From the sequence record MW822008.1: a stretch of 64,000 bases of DNA, one strand, 5' to 3'. The DNA comes from Escherichia phage BF17. The translations under genes and the position numbers were made by a program. Below the pieces are notes generated by a model, which had not been told where the DNA came from, searched no databases, and worked only from the letters and a program-made list of their open reading frames with translations. Shown in pieces: positions 53,004-64,000 of the stretch (the first letter of the stretch is position 1; each line of letters starts with the position of its first letter).

Positions 53004-53585
53004 ATGGCACAACAACAAATTGCGTTACAGCAAGTAAGAACTGGTAAGCAACGTGACTTACCAGACGCGTTGGAAAAAGGCCAGATAGGATTCAGTACTG
53101 ATGTGGGTCGTGTATTCATCGGCCTACCTTCCTCATCAGACCCAGCAAGCTTAGTTGCTGGGCGTACATGGGAAACTGATCCAAACTCTGGTAAAGAGAA
53201 CGTGGAAATAATTACCGAATTCTCACCGTGGAGAACGGTATCCAAAATCATCAACCGTCCATTTGAAGTAGACATTCCACAAAACCAAGAGAGTGTTGAA
53301 GTTATTATTGAAAGTGAAAGTCGTGTATTCATCGACTACATCGCGTATAATAGCAATGAGACTATTTTAGAATCAGGCACAGTGCAAATTGTTGCTGCTG
53401 GTTCTTCAACTATGATTGCACAGTCAAATAACACAAGCCGTACTGATGCAATTTTATCTATTCTGTTTAGTAATCCAGTTTATGATTCAAGTACTGGAAA
53501 TATGCAATTTGACATAGTTAATGCGGATTATTTAAATTCAGGATACCACATAGAATTTGTATATCGTGGGTGGGACAAACCTTAA
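53004..53585 (+). CDS. Hypothetical protein
   Basis: 193 aa with GGAG RBS; no recognisable motif. Confidence 0.4.
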   Translation: MAQQQIALQQVRTGKQRDLPDALEKGQIGFSTDVGRVFIGLPSSSDPASLVAGRTWETDPNSGKENVEIITEFSPWRTVSKIINRPFEVDIPQNQESVEVIIESESRVFIDYIAYNSNETILESGTVQIVAAGSSTMIAQSNNTSRTDAILSILFSNPVYDSSTGNMQFDIVNADYLNSGYHIEFVYRGWDKP

Positions 53586-53606
53586 AAGGCGTCCCGCCTT
53601 TTTCTT
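53585..53606 (+). terminator. Intrinsic terminator
   Basis: aAGGCGtccCGCCTttttctt. Confidence 0.55.
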
Positions 53607-53651
53607 CCACAAAATTTAAGAACTGTATAAACAATATAACAAGGATGACAC

Positions 53652-55970
53652 ATGATTAACGTAACCAAGCGTAATGGAAAAAAAGAACCGTTATCTTTGG
53701 ATAAGATCCATCAAATTTTATTTTTTGCTGCCGAAGGGCTGAGTGGTGTATCTGTTTCCGAAATTGAAATTCGTGCACAACTTCAATTCTTTGAAGGTAT
53801 TGAAACAAATACTATTCATGATATTCTGATTAAATCAGCAGCAGAACTTATTTCTGAAGATACACCAAACTACCAATACGTTGCTGGTCGCTTACTAAAT
53901 TATAGTATCCGTAAGCAAGTGTATGGTGACTATGACCCTATCAAGTACACTGCACATCTACAAGAAATGGTAGATACAAAAATCTATGATCCAGAAATTC
54001 TTGAGAAATACACACTTCAAGAAATTGAAGAGCTTGGACGTTACATCAAACATAAACGTGATGATAAATTCACTTATGTTGCTATGCGTCAGTGGGAAGG
54101 AAAGTATCTATATAAGAATCGCGTAACTAAGAAAATCTACGAAACTCCACAAATGGCATATATGACCATTGCAGCAATCATCTTTATGGAGTATGATCGC
54201 TCTGTACGTATGTCTTATGTTAAGAAGTTTTATGATGCTGTTAGTAACTTTGATATCAGTCTCCCGACTCCTATCATGGCTGGTCTACGTACCAATACAC
54301 GTCAGTTTAGTTCTTGTGTAGTACTAAACGTTGGGGATAGTCTAGATAGTATTGGTTCTTCTAACCACGCTATCCTACGTTATATTTCCCGTAAAGCTGG
54401 ACTTGGTATCAATATGGGCCGCATTCGTGCTCTGGACTCCGAGATTCGTTCAGGTGATGCAGTACACACTGGTTTGATTCCTTTCATTGCATCAACTGCT
54501 AAGACCGTTAAAAGTTGCTCTCAAGGTGGTGTGCGTGGTGGTGCAGCAACAGTCCACTTCCCATTGTGGCATTTGGAATTTGACAATCTTGTAGTACTGA
54601 AAAATAACAAAGGTACTGAGTTCAACCGTGTTCGACAACTTGACTATTGTTTCCAAGTGAACAAAACACTATATCAACGTTTAGTGGATGGCAAGAATAT
54701 TACATTCTTTAGTCCTAATGAAGTTCCTGGGCTATATGAAGCATTCTGTTCTAACCAAAAAGAATTTGAAAAGCTGTACAAGAAGTATGAAGCTGATCCA
54801 AGCATTCGTAAAAAATCTGTATCTGCTGTTGAAGTATTCAGTACTCTAATGACTGAGCGTGCAGAAACTGGTCGTATCTATATTCAAAACATTGACCATG
54901 CAAACACACACTCAACCTTTATTGAATCAATTGCACCAATTGAACAATCCAACTTGTGTCAAGAAATCGCACTACCATCTGTGCCATTTGATGATATTAA
55001 TACTGGCGAAGGTTTGATTAGTCTATGTACTTTGAGTGCAATCAACTGGGGTAACTTTGACCGCCCAGAAGATATGGAAACTGCTTGTGATCTTTCTGTA
55101 CGTGCTCTTGATTCTCTATTGGATTATCAAGACTACCCAGTAGTTCATGCTGACCGTGCAACTAAAATGTATCGCCCATTAGGTGTTGGTATCATTAACT
55201 TTGCATACTTCCTTGCTAAACGTGGTTTACGTTATAATGAAGCAGCATTAGAAACAGTTAACGAGTGGGCTGAAGCATGGTCTTACTATCTAATTAAATC
55301 TTCTGTACAGCTTGCTAAAGAGAAAGGTAAGTGTGAAGGTTTTGACACACTAAAATATGCTAAAGGTATTCTACCAATTGATACCTATAAAGAAGATATT
55401 GATGCGTTGGTATCTCCTGAACTAAAACAAGATTGGGAAACATTGCGTCAGGATATCAAACAATATGGTATTCGTAACGCAACAACTATGGCACTGATGC
55501 CAGCAGAAACTAGTGCACAAATCAGTAACAGTACTAATGGTATTGAGAAACCTCGTTCACTTGTAACCAAGAAACTATCTAAAGATGGTATTCTTAAACA
55601 AGTCGTTCCTGAAATCAATAAGTTGAAAAACAAATATGATTTACTATGGGATCAGAAAGATAACATCGGTTATCTACAAATCTGTGGTGTTCTTCAGAAA
55701 TACATTGACCAAAGTATCAGTGTGAATACCAGTTACAATCCAGCACACTTCCCTGATGGTAAGTTGCCAATGTCAACACTACTAACTGAATTAATGTATG
55801 CATACAAAGTTGGTTTGAAAAATCTGTACTATCATAATACTAATGATGGTTCTGATGAAGTTGATGTTGAGAAAGTACTAAAAGAAGCTGCAAAACCAGA
55901 ATCAGGACAGTTTGTGTTACCTACACTACCTGACTTAGATGAAGGTGATTGTGATAGTTGTAAGATCTAA
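53652..55970 (+). CDS. nrdA: Ribonucleotide reductase class I large subunit
   Basis: N-terminal ATP-cone ('VTKRNGKKEPLSLDKI'); 772 aa; C-terminal redox tail ending '...DEGDCDSCKI'. Confidence 0.9.
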   Translation: MINVTKRNGKKEPLSLDKIHQILFFAAEGLSGVSVSEIEIRAQLQFFEGIETNTIHDILIKSAAELISEDTPNYQYVAGRLLNYSIRKQVYGDYDPIKYTAHLQEMVDTKIYDPEILEKYTLQEIEELGRYIKHKRDDKFTYVAMRQWEGKYLYKNRVTKKIYETPQMAYMTIAAIIFMEYDRSVRMSYVKKFYDAVSNFDISLPTPIMAGLRTNTRQFSSCVVLNVGDSLDSIGSSNHAILRYISRKAGLGINMGRIRALDSEIRSGDAVHTGLIPFIASTAKTVKSCSQGGVRGGAATVHFPLWHLEFDNLVVLKNNKGTEFNRVRQLDYCFQVNKTLYQRLVDGKNITFFSPNEVPGLYEAFCSNQKEFEKLYKKYEADPSIRKKSVSAVEVFSTLMTERAETGRIYIQNIDHANTHSTFIESIAPIEQSNLCQEIALPSVPFDDINTGEGLISLCTLSAINWGNFDRPEDMETACDLSVRALDSLLDYQDYPVVHADRATKMYRPLGVGIINFAYFLAKRGLRYNEAALETVNEWAEAWSYYLIKSSVQLAKEKGKCEGFDTLKYAKGILPIDTYKEDIDALVSPELKQDWETLRQDIKQYGIRNATTMALMPAETSAQISNSTNGIEKPRSLVTKKLSKDGILKQVVPEINKLKNKYDLLWDQKDNIGYLQICGVLQKYIDQSISVNTSYNPAHFPDGKLPMSTLLTELMYAYKVGLKNLYYHNTNDGSDEVDVEKVLKEAAKPESGQFVLPTLPDLDEGDCDSCKI

Positions 55971-55977
55971 TTAAAGA

Positions 55978-56002
55978 TCCCGCTTCGGCGGGATTTATTT
56001 CA
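55978..56002 (+). terminator. Intrinsic terminator after nrdA
   Basis: ATCCCGCttcgGCGGGATttatttc. Confidence 0.65.
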
Positions 56003-56015
56003 TAGGAGTGATATA

Positions 56016-56789
56016 ATGAAAGTTGACTATCGTAGTCCAATAGATATTGGATTCATAGAAGAATTTTGGGATGATCTTGATATGGATATGATTGTTCGCT
56101 ATCAAAAACTCCCACAAGACTTTATAAAAAAACATTTTGATAAAATGAACCCTAATATGTTAGCTCGATATCAAACAATGACAACTGATTTTCTTAAAGA
56201 AAAGTGGGAGTGGTTTGATAAAAATGTTATTGCACAATATGTAGTCATGCCAATGGAATTGATTATGGAAAAATGGAATGACTTCAAAGATAACTTTCTG
56301 GATACTGTTGCTAAGTATCAAAAACTAACACAAGATTTTATTCAAGACAAATGGAATGACCTTGTTGAATTTAGAGATGGTGTAATGTCGGAAATTTCCA
56401 GATACCAAAAACTAACACTTGATTTCATTAAAGATAAATGGGATTATATTGATAAGAACTATATTTCATATTATCAAACTTTAACGGTTGATTTTATCAA
56501 AGATAATATTACTGCATTAAATGTTGCAGCAGTATCCGCATTTCAAATACTATCGGATGATATACGCTCATTGATGGGGTTAGAAGCACCAGCAAAAACT
56601 ATTACGGGTAATCAAATACTCGCGTTGGACCCATGTGCCGATGGTATGGCTCGATACAATGCTCATACACCTGACAATAATACAGTTTTGACATGGAATG
56701 AACTACTTACACTACACTTGGGTTCACAAGAAGGAATTAGTGATATCCATTGGCTATCATATAAATTGGGTCATAAAATTAATACATAA
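56016..56789 (+). CDS. Tandem-repeat protein of unknown function between nrdA and nrdB
   Basis: About seven ~23 aa units of the form F-[IL]-K-x-K-W-x(3-5)-D-x(5-8)-Y-Q-x-[LM]-T-x-D (e.g. 'YQKLTQDFIQDKW', 'YQKLTLDFIKDKW', 'YQTLTVDFIKDN'). Confidence 0.5.
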   Translation: MKVDYRSPIDIGFIEEFWDDLDMDMIVRYQKLPQDFIKKHFDKMNPNMLARYQTMTTDFLKEKWEWFDKNVIAQYVVMPMELIMEKWNDFKDNFLDTVAKYQKLTQDFIQDKWNDLVEFRDGVMSEISRYQKLTLDFIKDKWDYIDKNYISYYQTLTVDFIKDNITALNVAAVSAFQILSDDIRSLMGLEAPAKTITGNQILALDPCADGMARYNAHTPDNNTVLTWNELLTLHLGSQEGISDIHWLSYKLGHKINT

Positions 56790-56801
56790 AGGAATATATA
56801 T

Positions 56802-57926
56802 ATGTCAGTTTTCAAAATTAATGAGAAGTCTCACCTAGAAAAGAATATGTTTTTTGATGAAAGTGTTGATATTCAACGATTTGAAAGTAACAAATACTCT
56901 ACACTTGAAAAACTAACTGAACAACAGAAAAGTTTCTTCTGGACACCAGGTGAAGTTGACGTATCTAAAGATAAAATTGATTTTGCTAACCTCAATGATT
57001 CTGAGAAGCATATCTTTACATCAAACTTAAAACGTCAAATCCTTCTTGATTCAGTTCAAGGTCGTGGTCCTAATCTAATGCTACTGCCATATGCATCTCT
57101 ACCTGAACTTGAAAACTTTATTGAAACATGGGCGTTCTTTGAAGGTGCTATTCATAGTAAATCATATACACATATTATTCGTAACATTTATCCTAATCCA
57201 TCTGAAGTTTTTGATACTATGTTGGACATTCCAGAAATCACTGATTGTGCTGCTGATGTTTCAAAATACTATGATGACCTTGATGAACTAGGAACATTGT
57301 ATCGTGCATTAGGTGAAGGTACTCATACTGTTAATGGTAAAACTATTGAAATTAATATGTATGATCTAAAGAAAAAACTATGGTTATGTTTGAATAGTAT
57401 TAACATTCTTGAAGGTGTTCGTTTCTATGCTAGTTTTGCTTGTTCATGGGCATTTGCAGAGAACAACCTCATGGAAGGTAATGCAAAGATTATTCGTCTA
57501 ATTTGTCGTGATGAAAACCTTCATCTCGCAGCAACACAAATGATTTTACGTCTTCTAAAGAAAGAAGATCCAGATATGGTAAAAATTGCCGAAGAGTGCT
57601 ATGATGAAGTGCTGGAAATGTTTATGTCTGCTATTCGCCAAGAAGAAGCATGGGCAGATTTCCTCTTTAAAGATGGTTCTATTATTGGATTGAACTCTGA
57701 AATTCTTAAACAGTATGTTCGCTGGATTGGTTCTAAGCGTATGACTGCACTTGGTATCAAATGTCCATATACTGTATCCAAGAGTAACCCACTACCGTGG
57801 ACTGAACACTGGGTAAGTGGTAGTTCTGTACAGGTAGCACCACAAGAAACTGAAATCAGTTCTTATATCATTGGTGGTATTGTGAATGATATCCAAGGAG
57901 ATACATTCTCGCCATTTAAACTATAA
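56802..57926 (+). CDS. nrdB: Ribonucleotide reductase class I small subunit
   Basis: Ferritin-like di-iron signature around 'EGVRFYASFACSWAFAE...RDENLHLAATQ'. Confidence 0.9.
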   Translation: MSVFKINEKSHLEKNMFFDESVDIQRFESNKYSTLEKLTEQQKSFFWTPGEVDVSKDKIDFANLNDSEKHIFTSNLKRQILLDSVQGRGPNLMLLPYASLPELENFIETWAFFEGAIHSKSYTHIIRNIYPNPSEVFDTMLDIPEITDCAADVSKYYDDLDELGTLYRALGEGTHTVNGKTIEINMYDLKKKLWLCLNSINILEGVRFYASFACSWAFAENNLMEGNAKIIRLICRDENLHLAATQMILRLLKKEDPDMVKIAEECYDEVLEMFMSAIRQEEAWADFLFKDGSIIGLNSEILKQYVRWIGSKRMTALGIKCPYTVSKSNPLPWTEHWVSGSSVQVAPQETEISSYIIGGIVNDIQGDTFSPFKL

Positions 57927-57939
57927 AATAAAACTAACA

Positions 57940-57962
57940 GGGATTCTATGAATCCCTTTTCT
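57940..57962 (+). terminator. Intrinsic terminator after nrdB
   Basis: GGGATTCtatGAATCCCttttct; the track ORF's ATG at 57948 lies inside this hairpin. Confidence 0.6.
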
Positions 57963-57974
57963 TATGGAATTTAT

Positions 57975-58142
57975 ATGAGTGATATTTTTACAATTGAGCG
58001 TAATGTTATCTATGACTTCTACCTAACTGGTGGATTTAAGGTAACTGGTGCAGTATCTGATGTTTGTCCCAATGGTCTTGTACTGGTAGATGGTACTAGA
58101 GTCGTTCAGGCACACATTGTCATGTTTGTACCAACCGAATAA
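57975..58142 (+). CDS. Small protein (55 aa) with an Sm/Hfq-like sequence pattern
   Basis: 'GFKVTGAVSDVCPNGLVLVDGTRVVQAHIVMFVP' parallels Hfq '[36 protein letters not shown]'; weak RBS. Confidence 0.3.
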   Translation: MSDIFTIERNVIYDFYLTGGFKVTGAVSDVCPNGLVLVDGTRVVQAHIVMFVPTE

Positions 58143-58166
58143 AATTTAGGACAAACACCAGAACTG

Positions 58167-58175
58167 TGCTATAAT
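58167..58175 (+). promoter_or_regulatory. Extended -10 promoter motif TGCTATAAT
   Basis: gaacTGTGCTATAATgag about 30 nt upstream of the ATG at 58205. Confidence 0.4.
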
Positions 58176-58177
58176 GA

Positions 58178-59582
<1,405 letters not shown>

Positions 59583-59585
59583 TTA

Positions 59586-61039
<1,454 letters not shown>

Positions 61040-61116
61040 AATCTTATTGTTATTTTTATAAAGTATTTACCCAAATTTACGTTTTTTTGATAGTTTATAT
61101 GGAGTTAAAGTAATAA

Positions 61117-62425
<1,309 letters not shown>

Positions 62426-62447
62426 AGTGTAATAATCAGTCGAGGGA

Positions 62448-63791
62448 ATGATGAGTAAAATCAAGCTTACGGATAAGCAACAAGAAATTTTTGATAATTT
62501 TGTAGATCGTGTTTATAATTATGCAGGTAAAACTATATCTGTACTGTCAGCACCAGCGGGTACAGGTAAAACTTTCACTACTGCTGAGATTGTTAAAGCA
62601 CTATGTAAAAATTACAATATTGCAGTAACATCGCCAACACACAAGGCAAACTCTGTTATTCGCAATATGCTAATCAATAATGCTGGGTTAACTAAAGAAG
62701 ATGCACAGGTTAGCACTATTCACTCATTTCTAGGTTTAAAACTAGTATATGAAAAGAATCGTCAAGTACTGAAGCATGACCCACAAAGTAAAGTTAGTAA
62801 TACTAATGTTGATATTCTAATTGTCGATGAATGTAGTATGATTTCAGAAGAACTGTTTCAACACATTCAGGATCAATTGTGGCGTGTTCGCCGAGCGGTT
62901 TTATTCATCGGTGATCGCTGTCAGTTGCCTCCAGTTGAATCAGAAGGAACAATAGGAGAAACTAAGCTTTCCCCTACTTTTGATGTTCCAGTACAATATG
63001 AATTAACAGAAGTTTTACGTCAAGCGTTGGATAACCCTATACTTGCAATTGCAACTGCAATTCGTGAGTGCATAGGTACATCCAAGAACCCGTTTGATAT
63101 TATGCACCAGACACATGGTTTGAGTACTATTACACCAATTGAAGATGAAGATCTTTTCTTGGAAGTTTACCGTGAATTTATTATGGAGAACAAAGGTTCA
63201 GCTAAGAAGATATTTGATTTTGTTAATGAAAATAAAATTTTGGCATACACTAACTACCGTGTGAACTTGGCTAACATCTACATTCGTAGCCAATTGTTTG
63301 AAGTACCAGAGGAATTCACAAAAGGTGAACCGATTGTATTTGAAAGTATCACTGAGAACAGTCCATATGTGGTCCAGCAAATCATCCAATGTCCTGATGT
63401 GAAAACCGAAAGTTTCATGGGGATTGACTGTTGGCAATTCCGTTTACCAAATGGTAGCTACATCTTAGGTGTAGGGCCAGAAACGAGAATTGCAATGGAA
63501 ACTAAACTTGATGAACTAGTTAAAAACATTGAGAAAAAAGAAATCAACCCATTGACAAAGAAACCATATATGTGGCAAGATTACTATGTGATTAAAAACA
63601 AATTACATATTATCAACTATCCTTATGCAACAACTGTTCACAAATCACAAGGAAGTACATTCGATAACATCTGGTTTGATACTGATTTTATTGAGCGTAT
63701 TGGCACTAATGATACAAAATGTAGAATCCTATATACTGCAATGACACGACCGCGTTATAATGTTATGTTGCGTCAAAATGCACGATTCTAA
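62448..63791 (+). CDS. dda: SF1 DNA helicase, Dda/RecD-like
   Basis: Walker A 'APAGTGKTFT', 'LIVDECSM' Walker B, C-terminal 'TVHKSQGSTFD' motif. Confidence 0.75.
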   Translation: MMSKIKLTDKQQEIFDNFVDRVYNYAGKTISVLSAPAGTGKTFTTAEIVKALCKNYNIAVTSPTHKANSVIRNMLINNAGLTKEDAQVSTIHSFLGLKLVYEKNRQVLKHDPQSKVSNTNVDILIVDECSMISEELFQHIQDQLWRVRRAVLFIGDRCQLPPVESEGTIGETKLSPTFDVPVQYELTEVLRQALDNPILAIATAIRECIGTSKNPFDIMHQTHGLSTITPIEDEDLFLEVYREFIMENKGSAKKIFDFVNENKILAYTNYRVNLANIYIRSQLFEVPEEFTKGEPIVFESITENSPYVVQQIIQCPDVKTESFMGIDCWQFRLPNGSYILGVGPETRIAMETKLDELVKNIEKKEINPLTKKPYMWQDYYVIKNKLHIINYPYATTVHKSQGSTFDNIWFDTDFIERIGTNDTKCRILYTAMTRPRYNVMLRQNARF

Positions 63792-63874
63792 TAGACTAAA
63801 TGATATACACAAATAATTTTGATTCTTAACAATAAATAATCAAAAGTGTTTTGTATTATGGAGAAGAATATACA

Positions 63875-64000
63875 ATGAACAATTTACTACAAGTATTCAA
63901 AATTGAAGTTGCAGGGACAAATCTAGATAATATTCCTTATTATATGTATGAAGATTATGATTCATCTTCCCCAACAACTGCACCAACCGACCAACAAACA
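63875..64000 (+). CDS. Hypothetical protein, 5' portion only (continues past the right window edge)
   Basis: GGAG then ATG at 63875; open frame to the window end (42 codons). Confidence 0.35.
   Translation, partial: MNNLLQVFKIEVAGTNLDNIPYYMYEDYDSSSPTTAPTDQQT

Overview
This window reads as a densely packed, AT-rich segment of a T4-like (Tevenvirinae-related) lytic phage genome. All calls are from reading the six-frame translations and the DNA by eye; no database search or computation was run, so homology calls are motif-level recognition from memory. Mostly plus-strand genes, with five short minus-strand islands. Recognisable modules: (i) a minus-strand structural block at 1-3256; (ii) late sigma factor gp55 plus the gp47/gp46 recombination nuclease; (iii) an Endo VII-like gene and an ~830 bp non-coding island with its own promoter and terminator; (iv) a head module (tape-measure-like protein, portal, core proteins, prohead protease, scaffold, major capsid protein); (v) two GIY-YIG/T5orf172-like genes and an HxH-motif tail fibre; (vi) replication, recombination and nucleotide-metabolism genes (family B DNA polymerase, putative clamp, GroES-like co-chaperonin, T4-type RNase H, gp32, UvsX, DexA-like exonuclease, UvsW, primase, gp41 helicase, NrdA/NrdB, DHFR, RNase HI, Dda); (vii) large terminase. 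Recurrent TGCTATAAT early/middle-type and TATAAATA late-type promoter motifs and many hairpin+T-run terminators punctuate the map. Most worth a second look: a single-base frame change in the large terminase gene exactly at the Walker A loop; a catalytically degenerate terminase-ATPase-like ORF just upstream of it; the non-coding island (candidate ncRNA or origin); two pairs of minus-strand paralogs (one codon-biased pair, one membrane-anchored pair with a frameshifted copy next to a small multi-pass membrane protein); a tandem-repeat protein between nrdA and nrdB; a possible Sm/Hfq-like mini-protein; and an Endo VII homolog that appears to have lost its zinc-binding cysteines. No CRISPR array, tRNA, rRNA, integrase or transposase was seen.
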